Shown: one piece after another, positions 43,626 to 53,434 of the stretch | Position numbering within the stretch: position 1 is the first letter of the stretch | How the letters are laid out: every line of letters starts with the position of its first letter | Origin: a virus | Lineage: Duplodnaviria; Heunggongvirae; Uroviricota; Caudoviricetes | IMG/VR virus record: IMGVR_UViG_3300031111_000007 | Location: 1-64,000 of that record | Direction: 5' to 3' (one strand) | DNA length: 64,000 bases | Notes under the pieces: model-generated | What the model was told of the DNA's origin: nothing | The model's database searches: none | What the model saw: the letters and a program-made list of their open reading frames with translations, nothing else | Position numbers and translations under genes: made by a program

Positions 43626-43858
43626 AAAATATCATGTCTTATTCTTTCTTCCATTTTCTCTTTTAGTATTTCTGGTACAGGAAGTGGTTTCTTATATACA
43701 CATGATTGGCATATTTCATCCTGAAACAATAAATGAGCAATTAAACAATCACCATCATAACTACACCAATCAGTTTTATCAAAACCAACATTAATATACT
43801 TTTTTTCAGTAGCACTCATACAATTTTCATTACCCAAACCTGTTGGATCAGTACTCAT
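43604..43858 (-). CDS. Cys-rich small protein
   Basis: 84 aa; multiple Cys. Confidence 0.3.
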   Translation of the reverse strand: MSTDPTGLGNENCMSATEKKYINVGFDKTDWCSYDGDCLIAHLLFQDEICQSCVYKKPLPVPEILKEKMEERIRHDILWRKFTL

Positions 43859-43859
43859 A

Positions 43860-44042
43860 TTAATCTCCTTTCAAAAAATCCCATCCATTCTTTTCTAAAT
43901 GATCGGCTAACTTTTCAAGTGGTATCTTTTCCTCTAATATATATGTAGGAGCACCACACCAATCACATAAAATATTCTTTTCATGATCATATGGTATTCT
44001 ATCAAACTCATGGTGACAAGAACAACATTTATAATGTGGCAT
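43860..44042 (-). CDS. zinc-ribbon small protein
   Basis: 60 aa; MPHYKCCSCHHEF...CDWCGAP. Confidence 0.3.
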   Translation of the reverse strand: MPHYKCCSCHHEFDRIPYDHEKNILCDWCGAPTYILEEKIPLEKLADHLEKNGWDFLKGD

Positions 44043-44043
44043 A

Positions 44044-45231
44044 TTAACTCCTTTTAAATATATCTCTAAACATTTTTCTATAATTTTCAGCTTGAATCTT
44101 CCAAGTCCAATTTTCCTCTATTGTTTTTCTCGCATTATTTCCCATTCTAATTAGTTCATCTCTATTATTTTTGAAATAAAGAATTTTCTCAATATAAGCA
44201 CCAATTTTTCTTGGAACTATAAATCCATTATATCCATCTTTAATAAATTCAGGCATATTACCAATTTTATTTGATATGATTGGTCTACCACATGCGGCAG
44301 CTTCCAATGCAGGATTAGGTGTACCATCTTCTGTGGATGCTACCATAAATACATCCATTTCATTATATATTTTTGGCATTTCACTATGTGGTAGTTTATC
44401 CATATAAGTTCTCAAATTAGTAGCACTCTTACAACCAGTAGCTTGAATAGCAGGTAAAATAAATTCTCTCTGTCCTTTAGCTGGACATTCTTTACCAACA
44501 TGACCTACGATTAACTCACCTTCTTTTCTTATAGGTTTAATAGGCTTAAAAAGTTCTTCATCGACTCCATTTGGTACATAATATGCTCTTTTAAATCCCA
44601 TATCTTGAAGTTCTTTTAGAAGCATTATACTATTGGCATGATGATTCCCGGCCATTTTCATTTTTGGTAATATAACATTTCTTTTTCTATGTGCTGTTAT
44701 ACCACATATCTTTTTCTTCTTAGGAACCTTATTGAGAAAATCAATATAGGAAAATCCATATATAAAATAAAGATCATAACTATTCTGATCTATCAAATAG
44801 AATCTACGATCACCATTATCTCCTATCACATAATCAATATCAATCTGAAATTCATCAGACAAATATTTTTTTATATACTCAGATTTAATCCACCATGCCC
44901 ATCCTTTTACATCTGATATAAAAAGAATTCTTGGCTTTCTTCCATTTTCCAAAACAATAGTCTCCGGTTCGTATTCTATTGAATCCTCATATCTATTAAC
45001 GATAAGTTCTAATATCTTTCCCTGTCCTTTTTCTTTTTTATTTCTATAATTCTCATCTGATTTGCTATAATTCTCTTTTACTTTTTTTAACTTATCGATT
45101 TCATTTTTTAATGATTCAAGCCTCCAATCCTTCATTTCACTGAGAATATTTGTCTGATCTTTTGTAAATCCCAACTCTTTCATTAAAAAAGTTTTTATTT
45201 TTAATAATTCTATGCTATTCATTCTAAACAA
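44044..45231 (-). CDS. GT4 (GT-B) glycosyltransferase
   Basis: 395 aa; VASTEDGTPNPALEAAACGRPIISNKIGNMPEFIKDGYNGFIV. Confidence 0.75.
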   Translation of the reverse strand: MFRMNSIELLKIKTFLMKELGFTKDQTNILSEMKDWRLESLKNEIDKLKKVKENYSKSDENYRNKKEKGQGKILELIVNRYEDSIEYEPETIVLENGRKPRILFISDVKGWAWWIKSEYIKKYLSDEFQIDIDYVIGDNGDRRFYLIDQNSYDLYFIYGFSYIDFLNKVPKKKKICGITAHRKRNVILPKMKMAGNHHANSIMLLKELQDMGFKRAYYVPNGVDEELFKPIKPIRKEGELIVGHVGKECPAKGQREFILPAIQATGCKSATNLRTYMDKLPHSEMPKIYNEMDVFMVASTEDGTPNPALEAAACGRPIISNKIGNMPEFIKDGYNGFIVPRKIGAYIEKILYFKNNRDELIRMGNNARKTIEENWTWKIQAENYRKMFRDIFKRS

Positions 45232-46073
45232 TTCCTTATCACATCAATTGCATGTTCTATCGTAAATTCATTCCAATCACTTTTTATTCTCTCAAAGATT
45301 TCTTCTATAATAGTATCTTTAAGTTTAGAAAACATTGAAACATGTAAATCAAGTTCTTTTATATCTTCAATTATAAGTCCATTAAATAAACCATGAAAAT
45401 ACTTGTGTTGGATTGGAAGAAAAGGTAAACATCCATTTCTCATTGCATCAAAATATCTGCTATCAAAATAGCCTCTTTGATATGACTTCTTACTGTCTAT
45501 AGCTAAAGTAGTCTTTCCTACCGTATAACCAAGATCAATCTCGTTTAAGTTTTTTGTTTTATATTCTTCTCTCTTGAATTCAGATAATAGACTATTCATT
45601 GAATAGGCAACTTTCTTATCAGTAAATAACATAGCGTACTCAGCAATCCACTTCTCAAATTCAGATATATTATAGTCTATACCAGAATATATCAAATCAT
45701 ATTCTCTCTCATCATTATATTCTGTTTTTATCTCAAGAGAATCTATCCATTCAGGTAGATATCTAAACCCCTGCCTACCAGAATTTAGTGCTGGTTCAAA
45801 TAAACTGACATTGAATTTCTTAATCCAATTTACTTCTTTCTCATTAAGGTAAAAATACCTATCAAATATAACAATAGGAATATCTTTCTTGATATAGTAT
45901 TGAAGTAAGGATGCCTGTTTTAACCAAGCATCCTCACTATTAGGCAACTTAGGCACCCAATCAATGAATAAACCACTTATATCAGGAAATGAATCTTCCT
46001 TTATAATATCCACCGGCATATCTAATTTTTTCACAAATTCATGATTTACTTCTTTTGACAGGATTCCTATCAT
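45219..46073 (-). CDS. hypothetical protein, possible GT-B C-terminal-like domain
   Basis: 284 aa; RYFDAMRNGCLPF loosely resembles GT1 EAMA.G.P motif. Confidence 0.3.
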   Translation of the reverse strand: MIGILSKEVNHEFVKKLDMPVDIIKEDSFPDISGLFIDWVPKLPNSEDAWLKQASLLQYYIKKDIPIVIFDRYFYLNEKEVNWIKKFNVSLFEPALNSGRQGFRYLPEWIDSLEIKTEYNDEREYDLIYSGIDYNISEFEKWIAEYAMLFTDKKVAYSMNSLLSEFKREEYKTKNLNEIDLGYTVGKTTLAIDSKKSYQRGYFDSRYFDAMRNGCLPFLPIQHKYFHGLFNGLIIEDIKELDLHVSMFSKLKDTIIEEIFERIKSDWNEFTIEHAIDVIRNCLE

Positions 46074-46076
46074 CTT

Positions 46077-46484
46077 TTACTCCTTACTTTTTTTAACAAT
46101 ACTTTTTTTAGTGCTTGATGTTTTTTTAACAGTTTCCTCAAGTTGTCTCAATACTTCTTTATGAATTTGAGCAGAAACCACTTTACCTTCATTTATAGCA
46201 CCACCAACAATGGCTTTTTTTACTTTATTGCTAATAGAATGGCATAATCCTTCAAAAGCCATCTCTTGAATTTTCAGTCCTTTAAATCCTTTTACATTGC
46301 TATTACAAAAATCAGTCAATGTTTTCAGTGCTTCTTCATTTGAATAAGCAACAATACCAGCAGTATATTGTGGATGGTCACTTGATCCTTTTACATCCAT
46401 TTCATAGCTAATTTTATAAAGCCCAATACCCCCTACTGGTTTAAATCTATGTTGATTTGACTCACTATCCATATTCATTATCAT
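46077..46484 (-). CDS. hypothetical protein
   Basis: 135 aa ORF. Confidence 0.4.
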   Translation of the reverse strand: MIMNMDSESNQHRFKPVGGIGLYKISYEMDVKGSSDHPQYTAGIVAYSNEEALKTLTDFCNSNVKGFKGLKIQEMAFEGLCHSISNKVKKAIVGGAINEGKVVSAQIHKEVLRQLEETVKKTSSTKKSIVKKSKE

Positions 46485-46705
46485 TTTTCTTCTCCTTTTT
46501 CTAATATATCATATATAGGAGTATACTCTATTCCCATATTTGATTTTCCAATTACTTCATAAAAACAAATTTCTTCACCATCTTTTTTATTTTGTTTTTG
46601 TGCTCTGACACTTAACCCGTATAAAAACCGATCACCTATTTGTAATTTTCCTGTATCATCTAAGTCTTCAAATTCGGGAAGTTTTATAAAATCATATCTT
46701 TTCAT
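46481..46705 (-). CDS. hypothetical small protein
   Basis: 74 aa ORF. Confidence 0.35.
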   Translation of the reverse strand: MKRYDFIKLPEFEDLDDTGKLQIGDRFLYGLSVRAQKQNKKDGEEICFYEVIGKSNMGIEYTPIYDILEKGEEK

Positions 46706-47130
46706 CTTCCAGTATGTCCGAATCCCCCTGAACCACGTTCAGTTTCATCAAGTTCCTCTACTTCGATTAATTTAGGCGTTTCTACTTTATTGATAACGCA
46801 TTGTGCTATTCTATCACCATATTTGATTATCCATTTATGTCCTTTATGACTAATCAATGGTATTTTCAATTCTCCCCTATAATCTGAATCTATAGTACCA
46901 ATACAATTAGCCAAATAATTAGCATATTCTAAAGACAAACCACTTCTTTGTCTTACCTGCATCTCATAACCATTTGGAATAGAAAATGACAAACCTGTTC
47001 TAACCAATCTAACACCTGTTCCATTTACTATCGTATCCTCAAGCGCACATACATCAAAGGCAACAGACCCTTTAGTAGCATACTCTGGAATGATAGCTCT
47101 TTCATCTAACTTCTTAACTTTCAGTATCAC
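46702..47130 (-). CDS. dut: dUTP diphosphatase (dUTPase)
   Basis: 142 aa; motif 3 GTIDSDYRGE, motif 5 RGSGGFGHTG. Confidence 0.9.
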   Translation of the reverse strand: MILKVKKLDERAIIPEYATKGSVAFDVCALEDTIVNGTGVRLVRTGLSFSIPNGYEMQVRQRSGLSLEYANYLANCIGTIDSDYRGELKIPLISHKGHKWIIKYGDRIAQCVINKVETPKLIEVEELDETERGSGGFGHTGR

Positions 47131-48241
47131 TCTTTTTCTTTCTCCCTCTTACCTTTTTAGGTTCTTCTATTGTCACTTGTTCCTCAATGATTTTCTCAGC
47201 TTCTTCTACTTCCTCATTGTATGTTGAGTAACCACTATCTTCCAACCACTTATCTATTTTATCAAGAAAATCATTTCCAAGACCTTTTATAGCTTCCATA
47301 GCAGTCTTAGCACCTTGACCTAATCTCTCATCACCTATTGAGTACCACGATCCACTCTTTTGAACAAGGTCTGCTTTGATTGCCAAGTCCAATAGACCAG
47401 CATAAGAATTTACACCTGTTTCAAAATCTATCTGAACCGTAGCATCTTGAAAAGGTGGATATCCTCTATTTTTAACTGTGGTAGCCTTAATTTCATTACC
47501 GATCTGTCTACCCTTTGCTACACCCTTCGCACTTGGATTCTCATAGATCGCATATTTCTTTAAAGTGACCAAAATACTTGGCAATAGCTTCATAGCCTTA
47601 CCACCACCAATCTGATCTGGATTATATTGATCATTTGGATTACCGTAGTAATGACCTGTACAAATACCAATGCTGTTCTGATTGATACATACATTGAGAA
47701 ATAACTTCAGCATTGCTTTGATATCTTTCTGTAGTAATCCTTGATCTGCTTTGATATCTCCATCTAACGCATCCTTATATGCTTTCAGTCTTTGAAGTCC
47801 ACCTACTGAGTCCAGACCAATCACCAATCCTTCTTCTCCTGTTTCCTTGATCTGAGCTAGGATAGGACCAACTTCATCAACCCATGGAGTATAGACATAA
47901 TAAACATTATCGATATCCAGACCCCATCTCTTGCAGAAGTCAGAATCACAACCACCTTCAGTGTCTATAATTACCGGCTTGTAACCTTGCTTTTGTGCGT
48001 TAACCATACATAGAACCATGAAAGAGGATTTCATGGTATGTTCAGGACCAATAATACCCATTAGATTTCTCGACTTGATACCACTTCTCAATGATCCTGA
48101 TAAAATTCGGTTTAGATCATAACAAGGTGTCATTACACTAAACCGATCTGTGGCAATATTAGATTCACTCATGATAGAGGAATGTGCGCCTTTTACATTT
48201 TTGTTTATATTATCTTGCAACTTCTTAAAAAAATCACTCAT
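47114..48241 (-). CDS. uvsX: RecA-family recombinase (UvsX-like)
   Basis: 375 aa; Walker A GIIGPEHTMKSSF (UvsX GPSKSFKS-like); preceded by TATAAATA late-type motif. Confidence 0.75.
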   Translation of the reverse strand: MSDFFKKLQDNINKNVKGAHSSIMSESNIATDRFSVMTPCYDLNRILSGSLRSGIKSRNLMGIIGPEHTMKSSFMVLCMVNAQKQGYKPVIIDTEGGCDSDFCKRWGLDIDNVYYVYTPWVDEVGPILAQIKETGEEGLVIGLDSVGGLQRLKAYKDALDGDIKADQGLLQKDIKAMLKLFLNVCINQNSIGICTGHYYGNPNDQYNPDQIGGGKAMKLLPSILVTLKKYAIYENPSAKGVAKGRQIGNEIKATTVKNRGYPPFQDATVQIDFETGVNSYAGLLDLAIKADLVQKSGSWYSIGDERLGQGAKTAMEAIKGLGNDFLDKIDKWLEDSGYSTYNEEVEEAEKIIEEQVTIEEPKKVRGRKKKSDTES

Positions 48242-48280
48242 ACAGTTTAACTCCTTATAACTATTTATAAAATTTAATTT

Positions 48281-48637
48281 TTATATTCCATATTCAGTCC
48301 ATCTACTTTTTTCATCTTTTACTTCTACTTTTAGATTTTCTGGTTTCATATATTCTTCTACTTTTTCTTCTATTGTTTTTTCTTCCATCACTTCCCATGC
48401 TTTACGATTTAACCATGTTTTGAATTTAGGTGAAGTTGTTAGACTACTTAATGCTTCTCTCAAATTAGCCCTACGTTCTCTGTGAGATTGTCCTGTAGCC
48501 ATTGCTCCTGATTCTATATGCTTTAGCCGTACACAATTCTGATGTTTATTTCTATACTGACCACCAGCACCTTTACCTGAGAAGTAATCTATAGTAAAAT
48601 CCTTTTTTGTAACCGAAAATAATAGTTCTTTTTTCAT
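48281..48637 (-). CDS. ArfB/YaeJ-like peptidyl-tRNA hydrolase (class I release factor GGQ domain)
   Basis: 118 aa; SGKGAGGQYRNKHQNCVRLKH (GGQ motif) and basic C-part. Confidence 0.65.
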   Translation of the reverse strand: MKKELLFSVTKKDFTIDYFSGKGAGGQYRNKHQNCVRLKHIESGAMATGQSHRERRANLREALSSLTTSPKFKTWLNRKAWEVMEEKTIEEKVEEYMKPENLKVEVKDEKSRWTEYGI

Positions 48638-51600
48638 ATACTCACCGTTGAATATCCATGTTCTTTTGTTACCTTATACTGATTATCCACAAATTCGTTA
48701 TCAATTTCATCTCTATGACTGATAATAAAAAACTTACCACCAAATTCTCTTTGTTTGAACTTAACAATCTCCATAAGAGAATTAATACCCCTGCTATCGA
48801 TAGATGAATCTAGTAACTCATCAAATACCAATATATCAGGGAAGATACCTGCCTGTGTTCTCGCAATATCAAGAAGTGATAATTGAAGTGCTATATCAAT
48901 TCCTCTACGTTCACCACCTGAAAGAGAATCATAACTTGCATTTCTTATTCCCGGTCCTTTTACCACAACATCAAGCCACTTGTCAATAGAAACATAAAAT
49001 CCATAATTCACTTCAGACAAATAATAATTAGTCTGCTTATTCAGGAAAGGCATGATCTGTTTAATAGTGTACTGTTTAATGTTCTCATCCTTGAGAATAA
49101 ACTTTATGGCATTAAGATAGTCTGTGATATCATTCATCTTAGAAATACCCTGTATAGCCTTCTCAACGTCATTATTAGCCTTTTCTATGACTTCATCCTG
49201 TTCTTTACTCATCACATGCAAAGATTCAATGGATTTCTTAATTTCTTCTGCTTTGGATACTGCCATATCATATTTTCTTTGGACATCATTTATGTTGCTT
49301 TTTGCAGTATATAAATCTTTAAGTTTATTATTTGCAGCATTATAAACATCTATAAATTGATCACTCTGTTTAGTGAATATCTCTTTTTTATCCAGTATCC
49401 TTTTACTAATTAACTCCTTCTCTTTTACTAATTCATCTTTTTCTTCTTCTGTACCTACATCCTTGATACCCGCTTCAAGTTCAATCAGTTTATTAGCTGA
49501 TTGTCTGAGGATACCAATGCGTTTTTTCAGTACATCAGTATCCTCAGTGATATTTTTAACTGAACCTTCATTTTCCGAAATCTTCTTTTTTTGAGTAGTA
49601 ATCTTTCTCTTGAAAACAATACTCTCTTTTTTATAATGGTCTTTTGGATTAGTAACATCCTGACCACATACAGGACATTTGCCCTCCGCTAACAAGTCAA
49701 GATTCTTTTGTATGTTTTTAAGATTTGTTTCCAGTTCAGTTAAATCTTTTTGCAACTCCAATGCTTCCTTTCTAAGTTCAGATAGATCATTATCATTAGC
49801 TTCTATATGATCTTCACTCTTTTTAATATTCTCTTGAATAGCATTGAAATCACCAACTTTATCTACTATCTTTTTAATTTCAGTATTTAATTTTTCATTC
49901 TTCTTACGTTGTTCAGCAAATAGATTTATATCATTTATCTTGTCATTTATACCAGCACGTTTATTCTCAAGAACAATCAATTCCTTTTCATGTTCTCTGC
50001 GAATATCAGCTATTTTGTTTTTCTCATCCTCTATAATAGTTTCTGATTGCTGAATTTCCATATCTATATCTGGATTGTCTTCTTTTAGTCTATCCAATTT
50101 TTCTTTAATCTCTTTTACATCTTCAATACCAGCTTTCTTACTTCTAATCTCATTGGCGAATTTCTGCTGCATGTTCTTAGCAGTTTCTACCTTGTCTTTT
50201 AATGATTTAATATCAGAATCGATTGTATATTTTTTATTCTCAATACTTCTCAACTTATCATTTGCCATTGATGTCATATCAGAATAAATTTCAAGACCAA
50301 ACATTCTCTCAAGAAATTTTCGTTTCTCAGCTTTCTTCATACTTAGAACACTAGCTGAATTATTAACATTGGAATGAATAAGACTCATAAACATTTTAAC
50401 ATCCATACCAAAGATTTCCTCAAACATTCCTTGGTAGTCTTTCTTATGAGCATCCTGTTTCATCAACTCACCATCCTTGTATATCTCAAGGTTATTCGGT
50501 TTTAATGTTCTTTTAATCTCATATAATCCATCATTAATTTTGAACCTGAATACTACTTCACAGTTCTTCTTGTTCTTCCAATTGATAATTTGATGTTGAG
50601 TTATATCTCTTGCTGTCTTACCAAATAAAGCAAATGGAATAGTCTCAAGAAATGAACTTTTACCAGCACCATTTGACTTACCTTTATCTTTGTCCATACC
50701 AGTAACAAAATTAACTCCATTTAATAAAGGTATATCCTGCCATCTACTACCGAAAGATAAAAAGTTTTTAAATCCAACCTCTATACATTCAATCTTAGTG
50801 CCTGTAGTTGCTCTAATAGTCTTAGAATCACCAGCTTGTCTGAGAATTTTCTTAAACATAGCCTTTAATGTCATTATGTTTATATTGGTGGCAAATGTTT
50901 GTTCATTTATGAATTGATCGACAATCTGTTCTTTACTATCCATTTCAACAGACTCATCAACTATTTCTCCTTCATCTGATTCTATATTGGCAAAGTTGAC
51001 TGAATATAATAAAGGTTCATGTTTTAAAACATTATCTATGATATTTTGATTTTGAGTAGTTCCGAAATCTTGAGTAAATATAATTCTCACTATATTACCC
51101 TTTATTTCATCTGGATCAAGTGGTTCAGGTGTGGTATATATCTTTTTAAAAATAGGTGCTTCTGTATATAGTTCAAAGGTAAGTTCTCCATCCTCAAATA
51201 TATGAAATCCTCTAACACCATCTACATCATGAAATGTTTGACCGTAAGGCGCACCCACATAAACAACATTGCTCTGCTTAGAAGGAGTATGAAAATGACC
51301 TGATAAAACAAGATCAAAATCCTTAAATGTTGTTATATCCAGACCCCCTCTATATTTCATAGAATCGTTCATATGGAATCCATTGATACCAAAATGACCA
51401 AAACAATATTTTGCTCCATGGGTATTCTCAGGAACTACACCCCAAGGAACAAGCAAACAATCATCCAGTAGTAATTCAGCATCAACTACTGTAATATGAC
51501 TATACTCTTTAAATAATTCTAATGTACTTGGATGGATTTGGTTCTTGTAGTAGCAATCATGGTTACCAATTATAATCCTTGTCTGAAGGTCTTTCTTGGC

Positions 51601-51816
51601 ACCCAATATCTTTGCTATTCGATGTGCTATATGTTGAGTTTTTGTATTTAACGATCTTCTATTATCAAAGAAATCGCCTAAATGATATATCTCTTTTATA
51701 TCATTTTGGATACAATATTTTACTATGTATCTAAAAAAATCAAGGACTATACCCAACCATAAATCAGAATCGGAATACAATCCCAAGTGTGTATCTGTAA
51801 CAATTAGTTTTCTCAC
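48634..51816 (-). CDS. fused Mre11/SbcD-like nuclease + Rad50/SbcC-like ATPase (gp47-gp46 fusion)
   Basis: 1060 aa; N-terminal phosphoesterase motifs DTHLG, GDFFD, GNHD, GHFH; then Walker A GKSNGAGKSS, long coiled coils, zinc hook CPVCGQ, signature LSGGE and Walker B/D-loop LVFDELLDSSID. Confidence 0.75.
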   Translation of the reverse strand: MRKLIVTDTHLGLYSDSDLWLGIVLDFFRYIVKYCIQNDIKEIYHLGDFFDNRRSLNTKTQHIAHRIAKILGAKKDLQTRIIIGNHDCYYKNQIHPSTLELFKEYSHITVVDAELLLDDCLLVPWGVVPENTHGAKYCFGHFGINGFHMNDSMKYRGGLDITTFKDFDLVLSGHFHTPSKQSNVVYVGAPYGQTFHDVDGVRGFHIFEDGELTFELYTEAPIFKKIYTTPEPLDPDEIKGNIVRIIFTQDFGTTQNQNIIDNVLKHEPLLYSVNFANIESDEGEIVDESVEMDSKEQIVDQFINEQTFATNINIMTLKAMFKKILRQAGDSKTIRATTGTKIECIEVGFKNFLSFGSRWQDIPLLNGVNFVTGMDKDKGKSNGAGKSSFLETIPFALFGKTARDITQHQIINWKNKKNCEVVFRFKINDGLYEIKRTLKPNNLEIYKDGELMKQDAHKKDYQGMFEEIFGMDVKMFMSLIHSNVNNSASVLSMKKAEKRKFLERMFGLEIYSDMTSMANDKLRSIENKKYTIDSDIKSLKDKVETAKNMQQKFANEIRSKKAGIEDVKEIKEKLDRLKEDNPDIDMEIQQSETIIEDEKNKIADIRREHEKELIVLENKRAGINDKINDINLFAEQRKKNEKLNTEIKKIVDKVGDFNAIQENIKKSEDHIEANDNDLSELRKEALELQKDLTELETNLKNIQKNLDLLAEGKCPVCGQDVTNPKDHYKKESIVFKRKITTQKKKISENEGSVKNITEDTDVLKKRIGILRQSANKLIELEAGIKDVGTEEEKDELVKEKELISKRILDKKEIFTKQSDQFIDVYNAANNKLKDLYTAKSNINDVQRKYDMAVSKAEEIKKSIESLHVMSKEQDEVIEKANNDVEKAIQGISKMNDITDYLNAIKFILKDENIKQYTIKQIMPFLNKQTNYYLSEVNYGFYVSIDKWLDVVVKGPGIRNASYDSLSGGERRGIDIALQLSLLDIARTQAGIFPDILVFDELLDSSIDSRGINSLMEIVKFKQREFGGKFFIISHRDEIDNEFVDNQYKVTKEHGYSTVSI

Positions 51817-51828
51817 AAATTCCCCTTG

Positions 51829-52302
51829 CTATTTTTTAGCTTTTTTACGTTTCTTCTTTTTATTCCCCCTAATCTGTTGATAGTTTATACTATATATATC
51901 AAAATGTTTTCTATCATCATCTTCAATACTATCAGGAGTAATTAAATCTAAATTCTTATAGCAAATATCTTTTATTTTTGAATGTATTTTTTGTTTTTTT
52001 ATGTAATTGAGAAAAGAGTTATGAATAATTCTACTAAAATAACCAAATGGATTTGGATTGTCAATATCTACATCAAAATTATGCATGTACTTGATACATG
52101 TGAGAACTGCCTCACATATCATATCATCTTTCCAAGAGTATCCAGCAAAGCTACCCCTGTCAGAGTACCGTTGTGCCAATAGCAAAATCATTCTACCCAA
52201 TTCCTCTGTTCTCTCACCAGTTTCTTTGTAAATCCTTAATTCTTCTAACAAATTTTTATTTTTTATATAGTCCATAGTTCCTTTTGATTTTTTTCTTGCC
52301 AT
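51829..52302 (-). CDS. 55: late-transcription sigma factor, T4 gp55 homolog
   Basis: 157 aa; NKNLLEELRIYK and LGRMILLLAQRYSDRGSFAGYSWKDDMICEAVLTCIKYMHNFD...FGYFSRIIHNSFLNYIKKQK align with my recollection of gp55. Confidence 0.8.
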   Translation of the reverse strand: MARKKSKGTMDYIKNKNLLEELRIYKETGERTEELGRMILLLAQRYSDRGSFAGYSWKDDMICEAVLTCIKYMHNFDVDIDNPNPFGYFSRIIHNSFLNYIKKQKIHSKIKDICYKNLDLITPDSIEDDDRKHFDIYSINYQQIRGNKKKKRKKAKK

Positions 52303-52348
52303 TATACACTATTCCCTGAAAAAAGGTAACCCTCTTTTTTTATTTTTT

Positions 52349-52648
52349 TTATGAATACCTTACTTGACCGTAAAAATCACCAGCATAGATTCTTCTCCAT
52401 TTCTTAGAACTGTTACCTAAATCCCATTGAATGTCTTGATCTGGTGCATCATCTGAATTAGCCACAAGTGGTCTTAACCATGTGCTACCATTATTAAAGA
52501 ATAGCTTATTCTGTGCTCTCGTATCGGCAATACCATTAGCTGTGGTAGATGTATTAACAACTATTCTACCAACAGTATCAGCACCAGTAGGACTTGTAAC
52601 CTGCTCTGCATAGTATTTACCCTTCATTGTAATTCCATGAAAATCCAT
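52349..52648 (-). CDS. hypothetical virion-associated small protein
   Basis: 99 aa ORF at start of late cluster. Confidence 0.35.
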   Translation of the reverse strand: MDFHGITMKGKYYAEQVTSPTGADTVGRIVVNTSTTANGIADTRAQNKLFFNNGSTWLRPLVANSDDAPDQDIQWDLGNSSKKWRRIYAGDFYGQVRYS

Positions 52649-52983
52649 TATTTATCTTCCTCCGATAATTTTCTCTCTAACTCTTTCTTCATCTCTGTGA
52701 GGAACGAATTCGACTCAAAGAGTTTTATTTTTATAGCCTCTAATTTTTTATTATTCAACTTCTTTATTTTTTTCTCAATTCTATCGGTTTCAAGAGTGAA
52801 ACCGACCTTAGACTTTCTTCCCAATAATATATTAATATCATCCATAATTCCAACTACTTCATTCTTGATACCATACTTTTCTTGAATTTTGCGTACCAAT
52901 TCATCCTTCGAATCCTCAACAATAGAAATGTTGAGCTTCCTAAAGTCTTCAATATCTGAATCTATGAATGACTTAAATTTCAT
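52648..52983 (-). CDS. coiled-coil protein (possible fibre assembly/chaperone)
   Basis: 111 aa, K/E-rich heptads. Confidence 0.35.
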   Translation of the reverse strand: MKFKSFIDSDIEDFRKLNISIVEDSKDELVRKIQEKYGIKNEVVGIMDDINILLGRKSKVGFTLETDRIEKKIKKLNNKKLEAIKIKLFESNSFLTEMKKELERKLSEEDK

Positions 52984-53381
52984 TATACTATACTCGTAAT
53001 TAATCCATTAACTACTGTAACCAATTCTCCACCAGTTGCATAAAAACTTCCTGTTGCACCACTAATTGCTGCAACTTTTGTATCAGCATAGTTCTCTGCT
53101 GCCGCACTGACTGATGCTATTTTTGTATCAACATATAGTTCATTTGTGAATGTTTGATCTGCTGCCGCACTGACTGATTGAATTTGTGTATCAGTATAGT
53201 TTTTAGCATAGTTCTCTGCTGCCGCACTGACTGATTGAATTTGTGTATCAGTATATATTGCATTATATGTTCTTATCGCATCTATAGAAGTAGAAAATGT
53301 TTGACTGTTTTGAACCATTTCAATTAGTTCAGAACCACTCAATGGACCCCCTACTGTCATATTTGATATTTTTCCTGTCAT
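52983..53381 (-). CDS. fibre-like protein with tandem repeats
   Basis: 132 aa; YTDTQIQSVSAAAENYA repeated; underlying ~40-bp tandem DNA repeats at 53150-53270; late promoter TATAAATA x2 upstream. Confidence 0.45.
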   Translation of the reverse strand: MTGKISNMTVGGPLSGSELIEMVQNSQTFSTSIDAIRTYNAIYTDTQIQSVSAAAENYAKNYTDTQIQSVSAAADQTFTNELYVDTKIASVSAAAENYADTKVAAISGATGSFYATGGELVTVVNGLITSIV

Positions 53382-53434
53382 ATTTCTATCCTCTAATATT
53401 ATTTATATTATTTATATTTTTTTTATTTCACATA

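Noticed and set aside
48804-50917. Small plus-strand ORFs inside the Mre11-Rad50 gene
   Set aside because: All lie within the 1060-aa minus-strand gene, which has strong motif support.
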